Source: Hypanus sabinus (Eukaryota). Taken from it: a stretch of DNA of 64,000 nt. The notes below the pieces were generated by a model. The model did no database searches and was not told where the DNA came from. It saw nothing but the letters and a program-made list of their open reading frames with translations. The translations under genes were made by a program, and so were the position numbers. Positions 1 through 11,192 of the stretch are shown here, piece by piece (the stretch's first letter is position 1; every line of letters begins with the position of its first letter). The stretch is taken from NCBI RefSeq assembly GCF_030144855.1, contig NC_082728.1:29884001-29948000 (forward strand), given 5' to 3'.

Positions 1-180
1 GACGAAGGCGAAGCCGCGGCTCTCACGCGTGAAGCGGTCGCGGGGGATGTAGACGTCGCCGACTTTACCGTACTTCTCGAACACGCGCTTCAGCGTCTCG
101 GGGGACGTGCGGTACGTCAGGTTGTCCACCTTCAGCGAAGTCATCCCCTCGATGTCCGGCGGCATCCTCCCGTAGCTCAT
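1..180 (-). CDS. SRSF2: Serine/arginine-rich splicing factor 2 (SC35), 5' part of first coding exon, truncated by window edge
   Basis: Reverse strand from ATG at 180 reads [60 protein letters not shown], the SRSF2 RRM N-terminus with RNP2 (LKVDNL) and RNP1 (RGFAFV). CpG-rich. Confidence 0.97.
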   Translation of the reverse strand, partial: MSYGRMPPDIEGMTSLKVDNLTYRTSPETLKRVFEKYGKVGDVYIPRDRFTRESRGFAFV

Positions 181-752
181 CCTGACTGATATCCGTTCTG
201 TTTTAAACGGCGAAGTTAGATTCGACGAGACAGCCCGACACGCTGCGACCGCCAGCCCCAGCACAATCGCAAGATGGTGGCGCTTGACCCGGAAGCAGAT
301 CCCCACCCCCACCCTCACTCCCGCCCTGAAAAGGTAGATGTATGTTTTTATCAACTAAAGCAATCTTTTCGGATACTTTTTTAAAGTTTTCTGCCGTTCC
401 AAATATTGGAAATAAATAATTAGAACATGAAGCCTCCGGGATCTTGTAGTTTTAATATTACAGTATAACTGTTTTAAAAAAAAAACCCACAAGCCTTAGG
501 AAAACATTGCAAAATGCCGATATATTATCCTTGTGTTTAAATACGGACAATTAACAAAATGTTACATCCAAGGAGAAACTTGAACGGCTCGAGCCCCTGG
601 CGCATGCGCACGACGCTTCCGGTCATCTGCTGATCCTGGTCTCTGGGGAAGGTACATCGCTTTTAAAGCAGATCGGCGTTAGAGTGAGGTTTAATTCATT
701 TTATAGCGTATAAGGACATAAAATCTAACCAGGGATATCCCAGTCTTTAGTC
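181..752. promoter_or_regulatory. Bidirectional promoter and 5' UTR region shared by SRSF2 and MFSD11
   Basis: 572 bp between divergent ATGs. YY1-like AAGATGG at 271, ETS/GABPA CCGGAAG at 289-295 and CTTCCGG at 616-622, NRF1 palindrome GCGCATGCGC at 600-609. Confidence 0.8.
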
Positions 753-848
753 ATGACACCAGGAGGATGGAAATTAACGAATGTTATAATTCTGGGATGT
801 GCTTTTATGTTCGTTTTCACTGCGTTTCAAACTTGCGGTAATATTGAG
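753..848 (+). CDS. MFSD11: MFSD11 (UNC93-like MFS protein) coding exon 1
   Basis: MTPGGWKLTNVIILGCAFMFVFTAFQTCGNIE followed by GTGAGT donor. Confidence 0.95.
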
Positions 849-1049
849 GTGAGTGTTTTTGGCTTGGGCGTCAACCTAGGATATTTTTATCAATAAGTAG
901 CAATTAAGTTTGTAAGGCATTTTGCATTGATGATAGGGACCTTTACTGTAACTTATGTTTATACACCATATCCACTCCCTTTTATGTATATCCCCAAACT
1001 GTTTACAGTACATCTAGTGAAAAGTCAGTACGTAATTGTTCAGAGTGTA

Positions 1050-2539
1050 CCGTGCCTTGTGAATGTGTTCAGTCCCAACACTTTGTTCACATAATTAAGT
1101 GTTACACCCAAGGATTTTGATCAATTTTACTGGAAATTTTAAATTTGTGAATCACGTGCTTTTTCTCTGAGCTCAAAAAGCAGGGAAAATTGTAAAGCAG
1201 GAAAAAGCTAAAGATTCAAAAACTGAAATGTCAGCAGTTTAAAAGTATTCATTCCCATTTGCTCAGTACTTAGTTGAACCACCTCGTGCAGCTATTTCAG
1301 CCTTTTCGGCTAAGCATTAAAGCTTTGCACAACGTGACTGAGCGAACATTGCCCATTCCTCCTTGCGAAATTGCTCAAGCTGTTTCACATTAGCTGGGGA
1401 GTAATGGTGGATAGCAATCTTGAGGTCTTGCCAGAGATGTTTGACTGGGTTAAGGGCAGGTCTCTGACTGGACCACTCAAGGACATCAACTTTCTTCATT
1501 TGAAGCTATTCAGTAGTTGTTCTGGCTGTGTGCTTTGGGTTGTCCTGATGAAAGATGAACTTCCTCCCTATTTTAAGCTTTTTTTAAATCCAGGATCTTG
1601 CTTGTTTAGCAGCATTAATATTCCCATCAATCCTGACCAGATTTCCAGTCCCTGCTTGTGAAAAGCATCCCCATACTTTACAGTAGGGATGGTTTTATCT
1701 GGATGTATTAGATGTACGCCACATGTACCATTAGTGCTGAGGCCAAAAAGTTCTGCTTTAGTTAAATCTGACCACAAGACCTTCCTCCACATCTCTTCAG
1801 AATCTTCTAAGTGACACTTTGCAAAGTCTTTACGGGCATGGATATGCTTTTTCTTTTCAGTCAGGGCTTCTTTCTTGCCACACTTCCATGCATTTTGTGT
1901 GCAAGATTGTGAAGCCATGAAAATCATTTACAGCCACTGACTGCAGCTCACTCAGAGTGACTGCTGGAATCATGGTAGCCTCTCTTATAAGTGCCATTCT
2001 TCTCTAGCAACTAACATGGCCTTGCCTAGGCAGTGAGGCTGTGGTTTCACATTTTTCCCCTTTCATGATTGCACTGAGCTCTGAGGGGCCACTTTCCCCA
2101 GATTAGCGCTTCTCTATTTTCATTCCCCTGATTTGTCTTGAATGCTTTTTTGTCTTCATTTTGGTATGCCTATTGAAAATCTACCATACTGTTGGACCTT
2201 ACAGAGAGGTAGTATCCTGATTAATTCATTGAAAACAGGTGATCCACCAATTTTCTACATCAAGCATGGTGAGTTGGTAAGCTAATATAATATATTACAC
2301 CTGAGCAAATGGCATAGTAAATACAAATGGGATGAATACTTTATCGGCCTCACAATTTTGGTTTTTAATTTTTAGTGAATTGTTGACAAGTTTGAAATTT
2401 TATCTTTTGATTTGACATGATGTATCATGTTTTGTAGGCTAGTTCAAAGCCATCCTACTTCAATGTATTTTAAATTTAGAAAATAAGACAGTAAAATGTG
2501 AAAATGGTTGTGGGGGCTGAATGCTTTTTCAAGGCATTG
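1050..2539 (-). mobile_element. Decayed Tc1-like DNA transposon (IR/DR type) in MFSD11 intron 1
   Basis: TA on both flanks; terminal inverted repeats CCGTGCCTTG... / ...CAAGGCATTG; transposase fragments WRKVLWSD..KAELFG and VLEWSSQRPALNPVKHLWQDLK (WPSQSPDLNPIE-like). Confidence 0.9.
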
Positions 2540-3059
2540 TATATAGGATTCTTTAATGATGATTTGAGCAACGAAAGTTCTTTCGTGGGTTTGCAACTGA
2601 AAAGCTGGTTTTTGTGGATCTTAATTTCTAGTCAAAACTAGAACACAAGATCAACATTTTCTTGATTTTCAGATGCCTTAAAGGTTAGGAAGAAAAGTAT
2701 TGAAATGATAAGAGTAACAACGTTAAGCTGTTGTCTCTGTGCCAATCCCATTATAGTTAATATTCTGTCAGCCCCTCTTGCGTCTGTCTATCTAATCTTA
2801 TTTTGTCTTTTTACTGTGGTCTTTACCTTATCATTGAAGATCCAATTATTTTAGTCTCTTGTGTCTTCTACATACTGTTTGTAGAAGGTTTGATTAATTG
2901 CTCAGAAACAAAATCACAAGCCAATTTTTTTTTTGATACTGCAATGTCCTTCCTCTGTGATTACTGTGATTAATTTGCAATAAATATTCTCAAGGCTGCT
3001 TTTTTTTAAATACTAGATACTTTTAGAGACTAGGAGAGTCAAAACACCGCAGCATTTTC

Positions 3060-3300
3060 AAATTTGGAATAAAAATGGAAAATGCTGGAAATTCACAGCA
3101 AATTCAGCAGCATCTGTGAGGAAAAACTGGAGAAGCTCAGCGGAAGTATCGGTGAAGGTAAATGGACAGCTGACGTTCGACTTGACCTGAAATGTTGACT
3201 GTCCATTTCCCTTATGCTTTTCAAGCGCTGTTTCACATGGATGCTGCCTGGCCTGTTGAATGTTTCCAGCTCTTACTGCGTTTGCAGAGTTTCAACATTC
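3060..3300. repeat. Degenerate inverted-repeat element, probably Penelope-derived
   Basis: Arms AAATGCTGGAAATT.CAGC...GCAGCATC and GATGCTGCC...GTTTCCAGC; same family as 49448 and 62260. Confidence 0.55.
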
Positions 3301-4035
3301 AGATCATTGGTGTGCTAAGCAGTAAGAATTGGTGGGATCAGAAATTGTTTTTTTATCTAACTGTGAAGCTGATCCAATGTCTCATGTACTGATGAGTACT
3401 GAAAATGAAGTAAGTGTGAAATAGCTTAACTTTAAATAGTGGCTTTGTGTTCTACAGAGAACATCTCAAACTAGTAACTACTTTTGAAGGATAGTAATGT
3501 AACAGAGAAGCAATGACCATGTTTTGACATGTATTGCATTAATTAGCATATCACCTTATCAAAAAATAAGCACTAGTGTTCTTCATCTCAACTGAAAGCT
3601 TCAACTAATCTATTCATGAATTTATTAAATGCAGTAAAGGCAAGTGAAATGTAATTTGATTCAGAAGTCTCTCATTGAGGAAACTATTTTCAAACTTGCA
3701 TTGGTATTTGGTAGATTGTACCTCCTATTAATGCATGTTTTTGTAAGTTACTTTAGAAGATTGATTGCAGCAACTGAACAAATAGCATTCCAGTTCTAGG
3801 AACTATCAATTACTTGCAAATAACTCTTTTAAATTAGATTAACATATTTGCCAAAACAGTTGTGCCTAAATAAAGTCACAATGAATATGCGAATCATTGT
3901 TTCAGAGAGCTAAATGTATCATCAGAAGCTTCCATTGCTAAAAGGATAGCTGTGAAATGCTATAATTGTAGAAGTTATTACTGACTGATGGGATGAATGC
4001 TATTTTTAATTCAAAAATTGGTTTTTATTTAACAG

Positions 4036-4091
4036 CAAACCGTCATCAAGAGTATCAATAGCACTCGGTTTCATGGAAGTGGCTATACCAG
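4036..4091 (+). CDS. MFSD11: MFSD11 coding exon 2
   Basis: AACAG acceptor, QTVIKSINSTRFHGSGYTS, GT donor. Confidence 0.93.
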
Positions 4092-4351
4092 GTTTTTGTT
4101 TATTTTCTTCTATGGAATTTATTATTAAGGTTTTTCTGACACTGAGCTATTTATCCTACTCTTTACACAGCTTCATTGAAGTATAATTTGTACTATATCA
4201 TCTACTATTGAGAAGTAAATGTAATACTGTATGTTTCAGTTGCTGTTCTGTTTTTCATATTAAATATTGTAGGGTTTAATTATTTATGCTTTAATTGCTT
4301 TAAATATTTCCAATGACATATTATGCTAACATTGGCTTATGTTTCTTATAG

Positions 4352-4459
4352 TTTGGCCATAATTTATACTGTGTTTTCTGCTTCCAATTTGTTGACTCCA
4401 TCAATTGTTGCTCTTTTGGGATATCGACTTTCCATGTTCCTTTCTGGATTAGTGTACAG
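4352..4459 (+). CDS. MFSD11: MFSD11 coding exon 3
   Basis: LAIIYTVFSASNLLTPSIVALLGYRLSMFLSGLVYS, AG/GTGAGT boundaries. Confidence 0.95.
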
Positions 4460-5703
4460 GTGAGTTTAATCATGTCCATATTCTTGTCTCTTTGTTTCTC
4501 TCAGTCCATCCTGCACCTTGCACTACAATTGTTCTTTGCATTTTTTAAAATAATTTCCCAAGTAACATTTCTATGTAGCGTGCATAAAATTGTTTAATTA
4601 TTTTGAAAAGGCAGATAGTTTTCTACAAACTAGATAGAAGAACCCCCACTACTAATATGACTCTTAAATTTTGTCAACGTACAGTGATCTTGCTAATTAT
4701 CTTGTGTACCATTTGTTTTTTTAAATCCATTGGATTAAAAAAATAACATTGGAATAAACCAAACAATTGAAGTTTGCCTTTAGCAATTAAATGTGAGAAT
4801 TTTCTTAGCACTCTTTTGTGTAAATATCCAGCAACGTAAGCATTTGGATTGCCGCTGTCAGTAAATATTTTCAGGCATAGTGATGGTTCAGAAATATAAC
4901 TGAGAATTTCCTGCTGCTTTTGCATTTGTTTTTACAGTTAATAATTGATGATATACATAAGGGAGAAATGGTGATTTTAGTTAAGATTTTCAGGAAGAAT
5001 TCAGTAAAGTAACATCAGTTTGTAGTATAAAAATTAGGTTTGATATATGGATTGGTTAATGGACAGTAACCAGAGAAAAAAATAACAAGTAATTTTTGTG
5101 ACTAAAATGGAGGTATTAATTTACTCCTGCGTGGATTGAGATGAGAGATGCGGCTATTTATAATCCGTATAATGAATGAGATTAAGTCACTAGGTGTAAT
5201 GTATTCCAAGTTTGCTGTTGATATAAGACAGGATTCGGTAGAGATTACAAAAGAGTTGGCCTATTAAGTGGCTGGGCAAGATGATGGCAGAAGGAATATA
5301 TGAGGAACTTTGAGTTTATTTACATTGGTGTGAAAAGTTAATATTGATATGCAATCCTTGTGCACACTAAAGTTAATGTATAGGTACAGGAAACATTACA
5401 TATATGACTAGCATATTTGTTCCTCCCAAGACAAGAAGATTATTCTTGACAATGTTTTGATTTGGGTGTACCAGTATGGTCTATAAGGGAGAAGTTGTGG
5501 GTGCAGCATACAGACAACTAAGAGAATAAGTACTTGATGAAAAGCTAAAATATTGTTCATTTTGGAGAGGGTTTTGGTTCCATATAATCCTGCTGTAATA
5601 GAAATATTTCACACAATCTTGTCTTTAATGGAAGGATTTCACTTAAAGAAATTGCATCTAGGTATGTTTATTTTTTATCTTAAATTTTCTTATTCTTTTT
5701 CAG

Positions 5704-5783
5704 TGCTTATATTGCAGTTTTCATTGAGCCATTCACATGGTCCTTTTACTTGGCTTCAGTCATCATTGGGGTAGCAGCTGCAG
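5704..5783 (+). CDS. MFSD11: MFSD11 coding exon 4
   Basis: AYIAVFIEPFTWSFYLASVIIGVAAA, long pyrimidine tract plus CAG, GTCAGA donor. Confidence 0.95.
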
Positions 5784-8712
5784 GTCAGAATTTTCTTTCA
5801 GTTTTGAGCAACATGAGTAAAATGCAAAGGGAAAAGCTTTATGATCTCTATAATAATCTTTCTGACTTGAACAACTAATCAGATTTAATCGTGTAACTGA
5901 TTTTTCTTGATTTAAAATCTTGAAAATTTCACAGTAAGCTTTTCTTAACATTACCACTATTCTGTATTGCAATATTCATTGTATAAATCTGAAATCTGGC
6001 ATGGGCATTGTACTACCTAAGGATCTAAACCTAACCAGAGATTCCATTTGGAATTTTTGGACTAAGTTGATTTGATTTTTGTTGAATAGTTGAAAAAAGT
6101 GATTAGCAATATGATTTTCTTTTTTCATTTTTCTGCTCCATTCTTTCTCGTCAGTCTGAAAAATGTGTACTTGTTCTTCAAATAGAAGCAAGCCTCCATC
6201 AGATACGAGTGAAATCTGTTTTATTTGATTAAAGCCATTGTGGGTAGTCTGACTAAATTTACATATTCATTTTCCTTTCATTGTTGCCACTGAATGATCA
6301 TTGGCAGCAGAAATCTATTTATTACCTTTATAATTCTGATCAGAGATGTTGAAGGGAATTGTATTTTACTGTGCCTTTGCAGAGACTCTGAACAACAGTT
6401 ACAGTAGTTAATAAAAGGATACATTAATTTACACCATCTTTTTACTTTGGAACATATGGTATCCAGTGGCTCTAATAGTACACACTGCGAATTTGTCTCA
6501 CCATGGCAAATTGAGAAATAAATTAAATCCCATCATTTATGAAGATGCTAAAAATTGACCTTGATAACTTAGTATTTGTGCAAAGATCCCACTAGTTTTG
6601 AGTAAAGAGTTTGAGCTCCAACTGCTTAAGCTTCGTGTTCATGTTTCACAGTATTTGGTCTATTAACTCATTATGTTTGCACTGTGACTAAGGGTGGTTC
6701 ATTCTGCCTAACATCACTCGGTTTATTAAAAAAAAACTTTTAACAAATTGAGAACAGTCAAAAATATGCATGTCTGAAAGAAATAATGTTTGTGTCAATA
6801 AAGCATATTTTTACTTTCTCTAACTGCTTTATTCAATTCCTTCTTGATCCATAAACAAATCAAATATATTCTATGTGACTCAGTTGATTTCCATGATCAT
6901 GACCTAGTTTGCTGTAGGTTAATCAACCATCTTCTCCATTCTCTATTTAGGAGATTTTGACACCTGGATTAAGCTAGTGTTCTTTGTTCTTTTTCTGTTC
7001 TTTGTTTTTTGTGTCTTTTGGTATTTTTAATTGCTGGATCATATCTCTCATTTTCAATGAAGCCAGATATTTTGTTAGTCTTCACTCATTGGTACTGAAT
7101 GCTGTGTAAGGCATTGTGCTTCCTTTGTAATTAGGATTTTCAGAAGAACAGTATCAAGCCTGCATGAAATGTAGACAGTTGGAATAATCTGATTTTCCTT
7201 AATCTTTAATCAAAAGCTTTTAAAGTAGTCAAATTCAGAACCATTATTTTGTCACTATTTTTGATGAAAGCAGATTCAGCAAGCTCATTGTCCACAATAT
7301 TTGCCTGTTAACCCACGTCCTAAAATTTGGCTGCATGCCCTGAGTGAGCAGTAGCAGGACAGGATCATGTTTTTTTTTAAAAAAAGGCTTAATATTCCAT
7401 TTATATACATGCTTTTAAATCTGTTTAGAATTCCATGTTTTAGTGGAATAATTCCATGGTGTGTTGTAGCTTTTTGACAAGAAGTAACTGATATATTCTT
7501 ATAGACTGCATTATTCACATTTCCATGGCTAATTATCTTTTCAAGATGCATTTTCTTTAAATACCTGCTTCCGTGTTTTTTTTTTCCTCCCTGTATTATT
7601 TTGCCTTTTCCTTTCCAATAGGCAAGTTAAATTCTCCCATTTGTTCTGTGCGATAAGGCAGCCATTGCAATATACAGATACTTCAAAAACCGGCTTTCTT
7701 TAGTTGACATTTTAATAACTAGTTTATACTGGATGACACGGCAGCAGAATTCTGATGATGGTTCAGATTTAGAATAGAATCGGGAAATTATGGGAATATT
7801 TTGTTGGGCAGCAATATTCCAGTAGTGCTATTATTAATCTGAATTGTTAATGTTTATTCCCCATGATACAGATTGCATCATTTGTATTGCATGTCTCTAT
7901 TAGTGCTACTTTTCAGGTGCTAGTTGTTTGCAATATGAGGTTTATGTCGGACCTTTTGTTTCATTTCAAAGTGTTAGCCTGCATAAATTATCCCCTTCTA
8001 TGAATATTAGTGTTGTCCTCTTATTTAAGGTATTTTTAATAGGATTTCACAAAACTGAAAAAAAATCAGTTTCAAATGGCACAAGTTTATCTGGTGTGCA
8101 AATTTAGCATTTTGTGTACAAATGAACATTACCCAGCAATTCAATCTGTAGGTTATTTTAGTTGGAAAAGCCACAGTCCTTCCTCGCTGTTCAATTTTTT
8201 TTTTTGAAAAATGTTTGATTCAAAATAATATCTTGAGAGTCGTAAAACTCTCTGTTCCCACGCTGCAAAAGTACTTTTTTTTTACCCCCATCATTATTTG
8301 TGTCAGTGTCTTGCTACATTTTTCTTGTGAACTTTAACTTTTTCCTGAACTTGGCTTGTAACCATGATTTTCATATTCTATCTCTATTTCTTCAATGAAG
8401 TCTGTTGGGTGGAAATTATTGGAATCTTGCTACATTCAGCAATTTGTAATTTTAAAGGTTGATTTGGTCTTGCATATTTCAACAGGAAATTAGACCATCC
8501 TTCAGTTTGTTTTTCATCGTTCAACTCCTGATATTTTTCACTATTTCTACCATTATTTTTTCCAAGGATGTTTAAGGTTGATGTTTGAGATGGGTCCTAC
8601 TTAATTCACTCTATTTCCTTTAGTCGGGGGATGAACAAGAATTGATTTTAAAGTAATTAGGAGGATTGAAGGATTAGAGAAGAGATGTGAAAGAAGGTGT
8701 TTTCACCCACAG

Positions 8713-9510
8713 GGAATCTGAATCAGTCAGGTTAATATCACTGGCATCTGTCTTGAAGTTTGTTGTTTTGGGGTAGCAATACATTGCAATACACTATATT
8801 AAAATAAAACTATATTCTTTTTCTGATCCTCTACAGTGGTCCCTCCTTACCAGTTAAAATGCTGTCCCTGATACATCTGTAGAAATATGTCAGTGTTTTT
8901 GACATACCAAAACTGCTAATGTAATATAGCTGCTGTCATGCTTTCTTTGTAATTGCAAGAATACATTGGCCCCAGGATTGACCCTTGGAGACGTTGACAC
9001 CCAGGAACTTGAAACTGCTCATTCTTTCCACTTCTGATCCCTCAATGAGGACTGTTGTGTGTTCCCTCCACTTCCCCTTCCTGAAGTCCACAATCAATTC
9101 CTTAGTCTTACTTACGTTGAGTGCAAAATTGTTGTTGTGATACCACTCAACCAGCTGATCTCTCACTCCTGTATGCCTCCTCATCACCATCTGACATTCT
9201 ACCAGCAATAGTTTTGTTGTCAATAAATTTCTAGGTGGCATTTGAGCTGTGGCTAGCCACACAGTCATGGGTGTAGAGAGAGTAGAGCAGCAGGCTTGGC
9301 ATACATCCTTGAATGTAATTGTCAGTAAGGGGGAAGATGTTATTTCCAATTGGCACGGACTGTGCTCTCCCAGTGAGGAAGTTGAGGATCCAGTTACAGA
9401 GGGAGGTACAATTTCTGAAGCTTGTTGATTAGAACAGGGGGTATGATTATGTGGAACACTGAACTGTAATCAATATACTGCAGCCTGACATAGGTGTTAC
9501 TATTGGTGAG
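8713..9510 (-). mobile_element. Rex1/Babar-like LINE, 3' fragment
   Basis: ORF 8936-9349 contains ALNVSKTKELIVDFRK and VERMSSFKFLGVNVS (RT C-terminus). Confidence 0.8.
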
Positions 9511-9683
9511 GCTATGAAACTATGAAACCTGTTGCTTGAAATGGTGATACAGACAGAAATCCTCTCTGCACTTAAAAAAAAAATCACTAAATAAGTGTTC
9601 TGAGTACTTTAAACTACAAGATTGCAGATCAAGTGCTGGAAGGTGGGAGTAGGCCAAAGAGAAACAGGCAGTCCCCGGGTTAC

Positions 9684-9997
9684 ATAGAAACATAGAAAAT
9701 AGGTGCAGGAGTAGGCCATCCGGCCCTTCGAGCCTGCACCGCCATTCAGTATGATCATGGCTGATCATCCAGCTCAGAACCCTGTACCTGCTTTCTCTCC
9801 ATACCCCCTGATCCCATTAGCCACAAGGGCCATATCTAACTTCCTCTTAAGTATAGCCAATGAACCGGCCTCAACTGTTTCCTGTGGCAGAGAATTCCAC
9901 AGATTCACCACTCTCTGCGTGAAGAAGTTTTTCCTCATCTCGGTCCTAAAAGGCTTCCCCTTTATCCTTAAACTGTGACCCCTCGTTCTGGACTTCC
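9684..9997 (-). mobile_element. CR1 LINE 3' end, 5'-truncated
   Basis: Nearly identical to 32150-32465, with TTCTATG-type tail repeat. Confidence 0.88.
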
Positions 9998-10070
9998 GTT
10001 CCTAAGTCCATCTTTAAGTTGGATCTGTACACAAGTCGGAACAGGTACATCCAGTATTATTTAGCGTCAG

Positions 10071-11192
10071 TTGGATTTTAGTAAGGCATTTGACAAGGTA
10101 CCACATGGTAGGCTTATTCAGAAAGTCAGAAGGCATGGGATCCAGGGAAGTTTGGCCAGGTGGATTCAGAATTGGCTTGCCTGCAGAAAGCAGAGGGAGG
10201 GAGTACATTCGGATTGGAGGGTTGTGACTAGTGGTGTCCCACAAGTTTCGGTTCTGAGACCTCTACTTTTAGTGATTTTTATTAATGACCTGGATGTGGT
10301 GGTAGAAGGGTGGGTTGGCAAGTTTGCAAAGGACACAAAAGTTGGTGGTGGTGTGGATAATGTTGAGGATTGTCGAAGATTACAGAGAGACATTGATGGG
10401 ATGCAGAAGTGGGCTGAGAAGTGGCAGATGGGGTTCAACCCAGAGAAGTGTGAGGTGGTACACTTTGGAAGGACAAACTCCAAGGCAGAGTACAAAGTAA
10501 ATGGCAGGATACTTGGGAGTGTGGAGGAGCAGAGGGATCTGGGGGTACTTGTCCACAGATCCCTGAAAGTTGCCTCACAGGTAGATAGGGTAGTTAAGAA
10601 AGCTTATGGAGTGTTAGCTTTCATAAGTCGAGGGATGGAGTTTAAGAGACTCGGGATAATGATGCAGCTCTATAAAACTCTGGTTAGGCCACACTTGGAA
10701 TACTGTGTCCAGTTCTGGTTGGCTCTCGAGAGGAAGGATGTGGAGGCATTGGAAAGGGTACAGAGGAGATTTACCAGGATGCTGCCTGGTTTAGGGAGTA
10801 TGCATTATGATCAGAGATTAAGGGAGCTAGGGCTTCACTCTCTGGAGAGAAGGAGGATGAGAGGAGACATGATAGAGATATACAAGGATAGTGGACAGCC
10901 AGTGCCTCTTCCTCAGGGCACCACTGCTCAATACAAGAGGACATGGCTTTAAGGTAAGGGATGGAAAGTTCAAGGGGGATATTAGAGGAAGGTTTTTAAC
11001 TCGGAGAGTGGTTGGTGCGAGGAATGCACTGCCTGAGTTAGTGGTGGACGCATATACACTAGTGAAATTTAAGAGACTACTAGACAGGTGTCTGGAGGAA
11101 TTTAAGGTGGGGGGTTATATGGGAGGCAGGCTTTAAGGGTCAGCACAACATTGTGGGCTGAAGGGCCTGTCTGCTGTACTGTTTTATGTTCT
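10071..11192 (+). mobile_element. CR1 LINE, 5'-truncated, RT C-terminal half plus 3' UTR
   Basis: [45 protein letters not shown]; ends in TATGTTCT. Confidence 0.92.
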
